DNA of 64,000 bases, taken from the NCBI RefSeq assembly GCF_036321535.1, contig NC_087472.1:91204001-91268000 (forward strand), read 5' to 3'. This DNA comes from Camelus dromedarius (taxonomy: Eukaryota). Positions 1-13,713 of the stretch are shown in pieces (position 1 is the stretch's first letter; the number at the start of each line of letters is the position of its first letter). A program made the translations under genes and the position numbers. The notes under the pieces were generated by a model. That model ran no database searches. It was not told the DNA's origin and saw nothing but the letters and a program-made list of their open reading frames with translations.

Positions 1-1699
1 GAGATTTAGAAAAAGCATTTGGCAAAATTTGACATCCTTTCATGATAAAAATTCTCAAAAATTGGGTATAGAGGGAGCTACCTCAACATAACAAAGACCA
101 TATATTACAAATCCACAGCTAACGCCACATTCAATAATGAAAAGCTGAAAACTTTTCCCCTAAGATCAGGAAGAAGACAATGATACCCACTCTCACCACT
201 TTATTCAATGTAGTACTGGAAGTCTTAGAGCAATTAGGCAAGAAAAGGAAATAAAAGACATCTGAGTCAGAAAATAAGGAAAGTAAAATTCTCTGGAGAG
301 GGTGTGGTATTATATATAGAAAACCCTAAAGACTCCACCAAAACCTGTTGGAACTATCAATGAATTCAATAAAGCTGCAAGACATAAAATCAATACACAA
401 AAATCAGTTGTTTCTACACTAACAATGAACTATTGGAAAAAAGTGTTTAAAAACAACCCCATTAACATAGCATCAAAAAGAATGAAATACTTAGAAATAA
501 ATGTAACCAAGGTGGTAAAAAGATTTGTACACTGAAAACTATAAAAAATTAATGAAATTGAAGAAGACACAAATAAATGGGAGGATATTTGTGTTCATTT
601 GTTGGAAGACTATAGTTAAAATATGTGCACTATCTAAAGCAATCTACAGATTCAATGCAATCCCTATTATAATTCCAATAGCATTTCTCACAGAAATAGA
701 TCCAAAAATTTGTATGGAACCACCAAAGACCCAGAGAAGTTGAAGTAATCTTGAGAACAAAACAGGAGGCATTATACTTCTTGGTTTTAAACTATAGTAT
801 AAAACCTACAGTAATCAAAACACACACATAGATACATGGAACAGATAGAAGGCCCAGAAATAAATCCATGCATATATGGTCAATTAATTTATGACAAAGA
901 AGCCAAAAATATACAATGAGGAAAGGATAATCTCTTTAATAAATGGTGTCAGCAAAATTGGATATCCACATGCAAAAGAGTAAAACCAGATGCCTATCTA
1001 ACATCATACACAATATCAACTAAAAATGGATTAAAGACTTGAACTTAGGACTTTAAACCATAAAACTGACAGGGGTAAGCTCCTTGACATTGGTCTTGAT
1101 GATGATTTTTAAAAATTTGACACCAAAATCAAAGGCAACAAAATAAACATTACTAAGTAGGACTACATTAAACTCAAAAGCTTCTACATAGAAAATGAAA
1201 CCTTCAACAAAATGAAAAAGCAACCTACGGAATGGAAGAAAATATTTGCAAGCCACATATCCAATAAGGGGTTCATGTCCAAAATATACAAAGAACTCAT
1301 ATAACTCAATAACAACAACAGCAACAAAAACCCAAATAACTCAATTTAAAAATGGGCAAAAGACCTGAATAGATATTTTTCCAAAGACATACAACTGGCC
1401 AGTAAGTACACGGAAAGGTGTTCAACATCACTAATCAACAGGGAAATGCAAATCAAAACCAAAATGAGGTATCATCTCACACCTGTTAGGATGTCTATTA
1501 TTAAAAAGAAAACAAATAACAACTGTTGGGTGAGGATGTGGAGAAAAAGGAACCCTTGTACACTGTTGGTGGGAATGTAAATTAGTGCAGCCACTATGGA
1601 AAACGGTATGGAGTTTCCTCCAAAAAATTAAAAACAAAACTACCATACGATCCAGCAGTTCCACTTCTGGGTATATATCTGAAGTAAATAAAATCGCAA
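1..1699 (+). mobile_element. LINE-1 ORF2 remnant (RT to C-terminal region), truncated
   Basis: ORF 525..743 (KAIYRFNAIPI); HMSKIYKEL-, [13 protein letters not shown] and [15 protein letters not shown] segments; many stops and frameshifts. Confidence 0.95.
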
Positions 1700-2770
1700 C
1701 ATGTTATAGTCCCATCAGAAATGTATGAGGTTTCCAATTTCTCCACTTCCTCTCAAACACTTGTTATCTGTCTTCCAAAATATACTTCTTACTCTTGGAT
1801 AGTGACAGTCCAGAAGAGATCCCAACCCCATTCAATCTTGTCTATTGTGGGGCCAGTTTTAGGCTGTCTGTGCCTCATTACCCCTATCTGTAAAAAGGGG
1901 ATAACAGAAACACCTGTATCACAGGATTATATGAGAATGAAATGGATTATTTTTATTAGGTCACTGCCTGGCCATAATAAATGCTCAAAAACGATTAGCT
2001 GTTATTATTACTATTATTATCATCATCTATGAAAAAAAATTTTTTTTTTGCCTTTTCTCAATATATTTTTTATCTTAAGTCTACTAACTTCTGAGTAACG
2101 TTCAGGTTACCCACATCATTTTCAGATTGTGACCATGATAGGCAGGAATACGTATTAGTTGCTCCTGATGTAGCTTTACATTGGGAGAAACAATCCATTA
2201 AAGCAGTGTATTCCTGGCTTTTCTCTGCTCCTTCTTTCGGTGAATCTGGGGAGAGAAATGTGCGCATCTTGACAGCATTTTTCCTCTCTGTCCTCAGGCA
2301 CTTCCTGCCTACAGAGGGCATATACTCGAATTTGCTCCTCCCTGCTCTGAGTTTTACAGGGACTGGCCCCTCACCAGAAAGTGGCCTGGAAGTCACTGAA
2401 TTCAACCAGGGGCTGGTAGTGGGTATGACTCTCAGTCTCTAAACTCAGTAGCATCAAGCTCATAATCTAGGCCATTTCCTTTAGGCCAGGACTAACCAGT
2501 AATTATAGTGACAGTTTATTCTCCTTCTACCTTACTCCTGGGCCTGTCATTTAACCGGTTCTAAATCCTACTGGGAGTATGAGGTGAAGGAGGTTACTGT
2601 TAATCCCACTCAAAGTCCAACACACATCTATTTTTGTCACCCAGACTATAATTTAAATGACTTTAAAAATCAGTTACATGATCTTTAAGGCTCACTAATT
2701 ACAAAAAAAAAAACGTAGAAACTGAAATATGAACGTGGAAGATTTTACTAACATCCCTTAGAGGCAGGTA

Positions 2771-3252
2771 GTATCAGTTAGCTATTGCTATGTAACAAAA
2801 TACCCCAAAATTGATTGTCTTAGAACAATCATTCATTTAGCTCAGTATTTTATGGTTTACAGTTTAAGCTTGGCTCAACATGGAAGTTCTCTTGCTGGTC
2901 TTGGCTAGGTTCACTCTTGCTTCTGTGGTTAACTACCAGGTTGGCTGGGGCCTACTTGGTTTCAGGGGGCCTCAGCTAGGACAACTCATCTCTACTCCAT
3001 TTTGTCTCTTGTTCTTTAGCAGGCTGGCTCTGGCTAGATCACATGGTAATAAAAACGTTCCAAGAGCCACAAGAGAACAAAACCTGTAAGGCCTCTTTTG
3101 TCCTAGGCTCAGAACTTCGCACATCTCTTACACTGCATTCTGTTCATCAAAGCAGGTCACTTGGCCAGCCCAGATTCAATGGGGAAAGAAAGACTTCACT
3201 TCTTGGTGGGAAGAACTGCAAAATGTTGTGGTCATAATTGTAACCTATCACA
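2771..3252 (-). mobile_element. MLT1-type (ERVL-MaLR) LTR
   Basis: Begins GTATCAGTTAGCTATTGCTATGTAACAAAATACCCCAAAA, the reverse complement of the MLT1 3' end. Confidence 0.8.
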
Positions 3253-3522
3253 AATGCATAATAATATAAAAACAAATTTGCAGAAATATGGAAGTTTACT
3301 TGTGTAACAAAACTATCTGGACTAAAATCTAGCTAGACTAAATAGTATTCACTTAGTATTGTTACAGTTTATAAGCCAAAAGTGAAAATTTACCCTTGTA
3401 TTTTGGTAAACAATGTGAAGAGAAAAAGGTTAAATTACAGAAAAGTCATATTCTAAGTATTGAAATAGAAATTTCCTATGTAAACCCAGGCACCAACAGG
3501 TTTAAGACTAAATATCAGAGTT

Positions 3523-3674
3523 GAGGGAGGGTATAGCTCAAGTGGTAGAGCGCATGCTTAGCATGCATTAGGTCCTGGGTTCAATCCACAGTACCTCCTT
3601 AAAAAAAATAAACCTAATTACCTCCCCTCTGCCAAAATAAAAAATAATACAATAAATAAATAAAATATTTTTAA
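3523..3674 (+). mobile_element. tRNA-Ala-derived camelid SINE (Vic-1 type)
   Basis: GAGGGTATAGCTCAAGTGGTAGAGCGCATGCTTAGCATGC head, AAACCTAATTACCTCCCC tail; 18-bp TSD AAGACTAAATATCAGAGT. Confidence 0.92.
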
Positions 3675-5797
3675 AAGACTAAATATCAGAGTCAATGAAA
3701 ATATTAATCCATCATGTAACTTTTGGTAGTTACATGATTTGAAAGTGAGACATTCTATAATAATACAAATGATACGGAAAATGAGTTTCCAAAATACTAT
3801 TTTGGTATATAATAAATATAAAATTAAGACATTAAAAACAGGTAACAATTTATTATTATAACTATAAAATTGAGTCATCATTAAAAGAGACTGGTTAGGA
3901 TATTTTCTTCACCAAGAAAAAAATCAGTCTCTATTAAAAGGAAAAATAATTTTTCTAAATAACTTATTCTTTACAAAGAACACACATTATTTAACTTGTC
4001 ACTTCTACTCCCATCATAAACTTGCTACTTTCCTTTTTCCTCAAGTTTTCATTTGTTTGGTCTCTAATTCAATGTAAAAATTATAAAAACTACTCCAAGA
4101 TGCCATGTCATTAATTCAATAGTAAGCAGCAGCTTAGTACTATTTTAATATTCTGAATTTCTCTCATTCCCATCTGTTCCATTAATGACCTAGATTATCA
4201 GATTTTGATTATTCTTCCTCCAGCTCTCATGTTTATCCCTAGTTTTCTAAAAATCCTCTCTGGTCCATTGGCTGCATAAAATAAAACTTCCATAAATATT
4301 TGGTCTCAAATATTTCACTATTATACAAGGGTAGTTTTGACTTCATCGTGAAAAGAAAATAAAGAAAACACCAAATGAAAAAGTTACTCTGAATTGGGAG
4401 CAACTGAATAAACTTTGATTAATATAGCTTCTAAATGTTTCTAGTGGGACCTGAGAATTTTTTGTTGTTGTTGTTGTTTGAGGTTGTCAGAGCAACTTTT
4501 TTTTTCCTCCAGCCAAACTAAAAGTGTTCTATTTGGCCTAATTAGAACTGAACTGTTTGAGATAGTTGCATCTAATATCAAATGATACTGCTCAGTATTT
4601 TCCAACTTTTTAAGTTTTAAAAAATCATTTATGTCTTTGTATTGGACCACATATGCGGGGGAAAAAGAAAACTTACACCTTCAGCTTTTATTGGGGCATA
4701 TCTCAGTTGTTTGCATGTCCTTTTTGAGATCATTCCTGCAAAATACTGTCTATGGGCTATGGATATCAATGTCAGCTTAAGGAAATGACTATATTGTAGA
4801 CTAGTTCCAATAAATTTAGTTAAATTAATAAATGGATGAATGAAAATTAAAATGGAACATTAAGAAGCAGATTGATATACTAGTAAAAGAACATGAATTA
4901 AGGAGACTTAGTTCCTTGATTATGTGACTTTAGTCACATATCTAAAAGGTACCCTAAAGTTTACCATATTAGTTAAAATGAATTTGGCCACAAGATAACA
5001 GCACCAAGCTAGAGGTGTTTCTGACTTCATGAAGATTTATGGCCTTATGGTTATAATATGGCTGCCACAGCCTATCCACGACAGGGTGTCCAAGTGGGAA
5101 AGGAAAAGGAGCTCTCCTTACATGTCGTTACATGCTCTGCTCCATTCGCCGGGATGGGGGGTGGTTTCGCAAGAGCCTCTTATAATTCCCCTTCTATCTC
5201 ACTGGCCAGAACTGAGTTGTACAACCCGGTTTTAACTGCAAAGTTGGCTGGATAAATGGGGATTTGACATTTTTAGCCTCTATATGGAGCTAGGTAAGCA
5301 AGAAAGCTGGGAAGGGCAGTCAACAGAGTCAGCCACAAGCCAACTCCCTGGTTTTAATCATGATGATGAAGATGGATCCAGAGATGAGAAGTGACTTACA
5401 GCAATTTAGTGTTACGGCCAGAATCAGAACCAGAACGCATACCTTCTCATTGTGCAGTTCTGAGCATCCCCTAGTAGCCACAGTGCTTCAAAGTACCATA
5501 TCCTTACCTCTGAGATAAGGAGTTGACCAGGTGCAATTAATTCAGCAATGTATAAATGGGCATTAACTGTGCACTTAATATATTCCATACACTGAGTGAA
5601 GTGCAGGAGATCCAAACATAAAAAATTCTTTCTTCCCTCAAAATCTAAATGATCTTAGTATTCCAGATTCACAGAGAGCAAAACTGTAAAATAATATTCA
5701 AAACAATAAAATGAATAAAGTACCCATTCCAAGAAAAGGTTTAGAAGGTACATGCAAATCAGAAAATATCACTACTACCTTACATAATTATCTAAGG

Positions 5798-6036
5798 CAG
5801 GGGTTAGCAAACCGTAGCCCATGGGCCAAATACAGACCACTGACTGTATCTACATAAAGTTTTATTGGAACACAGCCATACCCATTTCTATACATATATT
5901 CTATGACTGCTTTCCTTCTACAATGGTAGAGTGGAGTATTTGCAACAGAACTGAATATTTGTGATGGAAACTATAGCCTGCAAAATCTAAAATACTTACT
6001 ATCTGGCCCTTTATAGAAAAAGTTTGCCAACCCCTT
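5798..6036 (+). mobile_element. MER58A-like hAT-Charlie MITE
   Basis: TIRs CAGGGGTTAGCAAAC / GTTTGCCAACCCCT; 8-bp TSD ATCTAAGG/ATTTAAGG. Confidence 0.88.
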
Positions 6037-6294
6037 ATTTAAGGGGGAAAAGAATGTTTATATAAAATAGAGATGATATTATTTATTTCATTATGTCCTC
6101 CAAATGTTTTACTGGCATTTGACTATCTGGTTTTGGCTTCCTGCAGATTCAGCAGACAGCATATCAGTAATATAAGATCTTGATTACTTGTGCCACTGTC
6201 ACCTTGAAAACATTAAAAGAATGCTTCAACTAACAGATGAGTTATTTTTGGTTCATAGAAAATGAACTCATACTGTTCAAGATGACAAAGATTT

Positions 6295-6395
6295 GGAGAG
6301 TGGGTACAGCTCAGTGGCAGAGTATGTGCTTAGCATATATGTGGTCCTGGGTTCACTCTCCAGTACCTCCATTAACAAAAATAATTTTTTTTAAA
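6295..6395 (+). mobile_element. Vic-1-type SINE (short-tail form)
   Basis: tRNA-like head; TSD AAGATGACAAAGA (6279-6291/6396-6408). Confidence 0.9.
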
Positions 6396-6875
6396 AAGAT
6401 GACAAAGACTTGGTTGGCTTAGATGACATTTTTCGATAACCTGAATGTATTGGTGTACGTATGAGCATATTGTGTGAGGCAAGTCAAATTCAGCTAACCC
6501 TAATTTGCTTCCTGGCCTCTCCCAAGACTCTTGGGAGTCCCTGTTCCTCCTGGTTGCTGAATATCCATACCTGAATGCTTATCAGTGCCTCAGATGCCAG
6601 TTTCAAGCTCAACTCGACCCTTCCCTCCACACTGTCTCATGTTTGTTCATGACATCACTATTTCCCACCCAAATAGACGTTACACAGGCTTGGGTTTAAA
6701 TTCTGACTTCACCATCCCTTAAATTTGGGTACATTCTTCAAACCATCTCAAGCTTCGGTTTTCTTTTTTGTACAATGGGAAGGTAATATTCACCTCATTT
6801 AGGATTGGTGTAAAAATTAAAGGACACACTGAGTTTAAAGTGCTTGGCACACAGCACATATAAAAAATTACTTCT

Positions 6876-8245
6876 TCTAAAGACAGTGTCTTCAGCAAGT
6901 GGTTTTGGAAAAACTGGATAGCAGCATGTAAATCAATGATGTTAGAACACTCCTTCACGCCATACACAAAAGTAAACTCAAATGGCTTAAAAACTTAAAT
7001 ATAAGACAAGATACGATAAAACTCCAAGAAGAAAACATAGGCAAAACATTCTCTGACATAAATCTTAGCAATGTTCTCCTAGGGCAGTCTACGCAAGCAA
7101 TAGAAATAAAAGGAAAATTTAACAAATGGGACCTAATTAAACTTAAAAGCTTTTGCACAGCAAAGGAAACCATAGGCAAAACAAAACAACAACCTACTGG
7201 ATGGGAGAAAATATTTGCAAATGATGCAACTGACAAAGGCTTAATTTCCAGAATATATAAACAGCTCATACAACTTAACAACAACAACAACAAAAACCCA
7301 ATCCAAAAATGGGCAGAAGACCCAAACAATCAATTCTTCAAAGAAGATATACAAATGGCCAAGAGGCACATGAAAAAATGTGCAGTATCACTAATTATCA
7401 GAGAAATGCAAATCAAAACTAAAATGAGGTACCACCTCACACCAGTCAGAATGGCCATCATTCAAAAGTCCACAAATGATAAATGCTGGAGAGGGTGTGG
7501 AGAAAAGGGACTCTCTTACACTGCTGGTGGCAATGTAGTTTGGTGCAGCTGTTATGAAAAACAGTATGGAGATCCCTCAATAAACTAAAAATACTTACCA
7601 TATGATCCAGCAATCCCACTCCTGGGTACATATTGGGAGGGAACTCTAATTCAAAAACATACATGCACCCCAGTGTTCACAGAAGCACTGTATACAATAG
7701 CCAAGACATGGAAACAACCTAAATGTTCATCAACAGATGACTGGATAAAGAAGTTGTGGTATATTTATACAATGAAATACTACTCAGCCATAAAAAATAA
7801 AATAATGCCATTTGCGGCAACATGGGTGGACCTAGCAATCATCATTCTAAGTGAAGAAAGCCAGAAATAGAAAGAAAAATACCATAAGATATCACTAATA
7901 TGTGAATATTAAAAGAAAATGTGAATCTTAAAAGAAAAAAAAAACCACTATGAACTCATCTACAGAACAGAAATAGACTCACAGACATAGAAAGAATCTA
8001 ATGGTTACTGGGGCAACGGGGTAGGAAAGGATAAATTTGGGAGTTAAAGATTTGCAAATGTTAGCTACTATATATAAAAATAGATTTTAAAAAAGTTTCT
8101 TCTATACAGCACAGGGAACTATATTCAATATCTTGTAATAACCTTTAATAAGAATATGAAAATGAATATGTACACATATGCATGACTGGGACATTGTGCT
8201 GTACACCAGAAATTGATACATTGTAACTGATTGTATTTCAATTTT
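6876..8245 (+). mobile_element. 5'-truncated lineage-type LINE-1 (ORF2 C-terminus + 3' UTR)
   Basis: ORFs 7355..7588 and 7673..7870 are ORF2p C-terminal; 15-bp TSD TAAAAAATTACTTCT (6861-6875/8246-8260). Confidence 0.95.
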
Positions 8246-11200
8246 TAAAAAATTACTTCTCCTTCCACACACTTCTCGAAATGTTAGTCACCCATGTTTC
8301 TTCCCTCCACATCTACTTAGTCATTAAGTGCTGACAATGCACTATTAGGAGGCTACTTGGCCAGACTGGAAATGGAAGTAGAGCTCCTTTTGAATCACAT
8401 TTAGCTCAGAGAACATGACCTGTATGGTTCTGTTTCTTTGGAATATGTTGATTTTTTTATGGATTAATTTTTATACGTTGTGTGTTTGAAAAGAATATGT
8501 AATTTTGCCACTATTGGGGGCAGTATTTCTCTCAGATCAAATTTGATTGTATGGTTCAAATTGTCCATAGCCCTAACGATTTTTGTCTTTTTGATACATT
8601 CAACTAGGAGTGTATATTAATATCTCCTACTCTGATTTATCTATTTATCGTTCTATTTCTATCAATTTTGACTCTATATATTTACAGTCTTTATTAAATG
8701 CATACAATTTTTAGCTGTTATGACTTCTTGGCAAATTGAAAGTTTTATCATAGTATCATTTAAAAAATCTTTGGAAAAGCTTTTTGCATTATATTCTATT
8801 CTCTGTGTTTAGACCTCTTGGCTCACAACTGGATTATAGACTTGATTTGGAGAATATTTATTATCCATCTCTTTAAGGAGCTGTTCCTCCCTCACTTCCT
8901 ACAGACATTTCTGGAATTGCCAACCATATTCTCTCTGTCCCCTTTTCCACAGTAAGTAGTCTGAGGGGTAGGTAAATGGCCCCAACTGGGCCAAAGTTCT
9001 TCCCCAGACTTTTTAGGATGATAGCTAGAGAGGAAGTTTTCACAACACTGTAGAGATGGATGCCCAGCGTTTCCATTTGAGGTACTCTGTGGAGAATTCT
9101 CTATACTATGGGACAGAATGGAACCAATAATGGGAAAGCAGCAGATAACATGTAGAGAGAGAGAGTGTGTGTGTGTGTGTGTGTGTGTTGGCAGGAGTGG
9201 GCGTGGGGGCAGACATCGTGTCCATGAATCTAGTCCACTGCTGGTTGGTTACATGAGATAATAAATTTCTGCTCCTCCTTTTCCCTATAAGGTAGATGGA
9301 CCTGTCCATTGCAATGAAAATCCCCAATTAACAGTCATGAAGTTCCTTAAAGGGTGCTCTGGAATTCTGGCCAAAGAAGATAGTGTACCAACCCATAGCT
9401 GTCCTCATCATTATAATTTTGTTCTAAAACTTTATTTGGAAAGATAGGAGTGCTTTTCTGTTTAATAACAAAAGTATTCATAGTTATAGGAACGCAGTGA
9501 TAAAAATCTTTAATATACCTGAGTGTGTAAGGACACATAATTTGTACTTTTGGAATATACCAAGCAATGACTTGAAGGAAAAAATGTATTGATTTAACCA
9601 AGAAGGCAGTTATAAGCTAATTTTAAAAATATTTATGACTTTATGTAGGTAGCAAAGCAATGATGTCATTTATAAACAAAAAAGCCACAGAAAAATAGAA
9701 AATCACAATCTGGAAGCAATAAAGTCTAAATGATATGAAACACATTTTTCATAAGTAAACTCTAATCAACAGAGGCCAAAGTTTAATTTACTGGTAGTAT
9801 AACATATGCAAATAATCATCATGAAAACGCCCTTTGAAGCCAGATTGTCTGTTTCAAAAAGGACAAAGCTGTTGAGTGAAATCAGAATCACTAATTTCAG
9901 ACTATATTCAATAGTAGCAGATACAGAGATACTTTTCATATCATAACTACTGAGTTATCAAACACTACTTTATACAAAACCTTTCCAGCACTTTAAATAA
10001 ACTCCATAGTATGTCATACTTTTTGGCAATTAGACTGATCTCTTTTTTAGCACACGATAATTGAAGAATAATTTACTAAAGGAAATAAACCAAGAAGACC
10101 TCTTCGTAAATTTGTGATTAAAAAAAAAGACATCATTTTATTTTCTTATTCTTGTCTGTGGTCATGGAACATGATCAAATATTTATGAACCCAGTTTTGA
10201 TATTCTAATGGTTCTTGCTTACAATCACATTCCCCCTGCCCTTTATTTTTGGCCTTCTACTGTAGCTTAAAGAAAGAGAAATGAGATAAAGAGAAAGCAA
10301 GCTAATAGACTGGAGCTATACTGGAGTATTGCTTTGAACTTAGTCAAATGACGACTTGGAGTGCTTCTAAACGTGGTCACTTTCATCCATTCAGTTTTTG
10401 CTATAGGAGCAATATTAAGTAAACTGAAACCACCGATATAAATCTGTAATTTGCTATTTATGATCTATTTAAAGAAATACCCAAATTAAGTTATTCATAT
10501 CTTGATTGTGTGAAATGAATTAAACTTTTGACAGTGATTTTGGGGGGGGGGGGATGCAGCCTTCAAATACTGTGTTTTATGTGAGTAGGCAAGTCTATGC
10601 CCTAAAAGATTCCGTAACTGACAAGCAAACTAATTTCCTAGAAGAGATCAGTTAGCAGTTTCTAGCTAACTCTTCTTGTGGTTTGCTAGTCACAGCACTA
10701 AGATCACTAAGAAGGCAAACCTTGGTACAGAGGACACCAATTACTTTTCAGTGTAAGCGTTCTTTCCCAAAACTGCCCATGTATTTCTGTCACAGAAGGA
10801 TAAGAAGTAAATCTACAAAGGCTGTGAACATCAACGATATTCTTATTGGCCAGAATAGGTTAGGTTATGCTGTGATAACCCTTAAATTCAGTGGCTAAAC
10901 ACAATAAAAGTTTATTTCTGGCCTCTGCTCAAAATGGCCACCCGACGAAGGCTCCATTGCGACACTTGGTTCTACAATCACTACAGCAGGAGGAACAGAG
11001 TGATGGGGTGGCTCCTACTGGCCACTAGATGTAACATATGAAACTTGGGCAGTTGTGGTAGTCGTAATTTGTACTCTGAATTAGAAACAGTGATGGAAGG
11101 ATAATCTTTTGCCTGCAGAGAGGTGAGTGGCAGGGACCTGATTGTGACCTAGTTCTTGGTTATAATATAACCTTGAGGTTGAGGTATCTTCCTGCCCTTG

Positions 11201-12166
11201 GGGTCCAAACTACACCTTAAGGTCCATTCAATAAACACATGTTTTTCTTTGTCTACAGCTAGTTACTGTTGTTTACGAACAAGAGCTTTCCTACTGGATC
11301 AACACTGTTTAATCCAAGTGCCTCCTTACTAAGTATAGTGAGCTGCCGTCATAGGTTCAGGCCTGGGCATTACTGAGGTACATCCTGTCAGCTTGATCCA
11401 CAGGAAATACATCACATAGAGATGTAGACACCTTCTCTAAATGATCTTATTCACGCTCTGGTAGACTATGAGTTTTTTTCTCACTTAATTTCAGAGACTA
11501 AAGCTTCCTTTATTAATGCTCTAATTAGAACAGTAGGTGAACGTATTGAGCATTTACTAATTTAGGCATTATGCTAAGTACCGTATAGTTATATTATAGC
11601 TTAGCTAGTGAAGTAGAATGCCCAGTGTCACAGAACTAGATAGTGGCATAGGTGATCTTCAACTCTGTCAGACTCCAGAGCTTATACTTACGGTCCTCTA
11701 AATCTCAACCTAATCTCAACATCTATCTCTCAAAACCATGAAGACAGATAATTTCTATTTTTCTCCAGTAAGACTTATTTTTATTAGGAAATTATAAAAG
11801 CATCATGATGGCATAGGATGTTCCTCTTTTTTGTCTCCTTTTTTCACCAAAGAATTAGTCATCTATCCATGAACAAAAGCACCTTTGTGGGAGTTGTGAG
11901 ACCCAGCACTATACACCAAGGGACTCAGGAGGAGGAGTCTGGCCCACCTGTGCATCGGGGAGTATGGAGACAGACTTCAGCACAGGATGTTCAATCAGTG
12001 GAACAGTGAACATGTCCAAGACCCTCTCATCACATTTGAGAAAAAAATCTGGGAAGTGCTGACCTGGGCAGATACCTACAGACAAGAGACAAACTGCAGA
12101 AGTCCAGTCTTCCCAAAGGGAGATGCAGCATGCCATTGGAGCAAACAAAATTATAATATTATACAT

Positions 12167-12297
12167 GGGGGAGTGTATAGCTCAGTGGTAGAGTGCATGC
12201 CTAGCATGCATGAGGTCCTGGGTTCAATCCCCAGTACCTCCATTTAAATAAGTAAACAAACAAACAAACCTATTTATCTCCTCTATAACCCCCCCAA
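12167..12297 (+). mobile_element. Vic-1-type SINE within L1 5' UTR
   Basis: tRNA-Ala-like head and AAACCTATTTATCTCC tail. Confidence 0.9.
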
Positions 12298-13499
12298 ATA
12301 TATTACATATGAGTGAGTTTGGACACAGAGGAGACAGTAAGAAATTTACTAGTGCTGCCCCGCCTCCCCCAAGGTAACGCTGCATGGGGCTGAACTATCA
12401 GGCGGTGCCGACCTCTCCTAACCTCTCAAGTAGTGAAGCAGAGCAGTGAATGAGTGCTGGCTACTCCAGGGATACAGGATGCAGCTGGAGAAACCCATTT
12501 TTCTCCAGCAGCACCCAGAGTATAGAGGCAGGACCTCCATGGCTGGGAGAAGGGAGGAGACTAAGAAAAACACAGAAAAGAGTATCATATCAAAGGGCAT
12601 GAAAGGGACATTGTTCCTGCTGAATACACTCAGGAGACAGTCTACCCATGAGCCTCTGACACTACCACATCAGAGGACCTACCTACCAGGTCTGTGGGCA
12701 CCTTTAATTCCCTGAATGCTAAACACATAATTCCTGCCACTCTGCAGCTGGCTGCCTGGGTATAGTCCCAAGTGCAGCAGCAAGAGCTAGCTTTGTAGAT
12801 AGAGAGTGAGCTCGGAAAACAGGCCAGGGTCCACGGGCAAGGGAGAAATCATAAACATGAGCTATAGTGCCACCTTCTAGAAAACAAGAAAAGTTTCCTG
12901 TAGCCAGCCTGGTGAGTTGTAAGAACAAGAGAAGACATAAAAGCTTAAGAATTCTGTCACAAGAGGGGCCAAGAAGAATGGAGCAGGTGTACCCATACAA
13001 GGCAGAGGAAACTCCAGATAATAATAGCATCAACAAACTGAATTCCCTATCTGAAGGCAACTAGCAAAGATTTAAGGAGGTGTCTACTACTCCAAATGTG
13101 AAAGCAAGCGATGCAAAACTGCAAGGAACATGGAAACAAACAAAAAAATCAAGGAATCATGTCATCAACAAAAGATAATTCTTTAATAACCAAACTGTGA
13201 GGCACAAAATTTTGTGACCTACCTGATAAAGAATTCAAAACAGCTGTTTTGAAGAAACTCAACAAGCTACAAGAAAACCCAGAAAGATAATTCAATGAAA
13301 TCACAACACACACACACACACGCACACACACAAAAGTACATGATCATCTTAGCAGAGAAAACCATCAACAAGACGAAAAGGCAATCTACTGAATGGGAGA
13401 AAATACTTGTAAACTATATATCCAATAAGGGTTTAATAATCAAAATGTAGCAGAACTCAAGAGCAAGCAATCAACAATAAAATGGGCAGAGGATCTAAA

Positions 13500-13713
13500 C
13501 AGTTGACACTTGAGCAACACAAGTTTGAACTGTGTGTGTCTACTATATGCAATTTTTTTTTCAATAATGCATATTGTAGTACTACATGATCCACGGTTGG
13601 TTGACTCTACAAATACAGAACCAGACACCCAGGGCTGACTATAAAGTTATATGCAAATCTGACTGTGTAGAGGGTTGGCATCACAAATCCCTGCAAAGTT
13701 CAAGGTTCAACTG
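13500..13713. mobile_element. Tigger2a-like MITE (TcMar-Tigger) nested in L1
   Basis: TIRs CAGTTGACACTTGAGCAAC / GTTCAAGGTTCAACTG, followed by TA. Confidence 0.85.
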
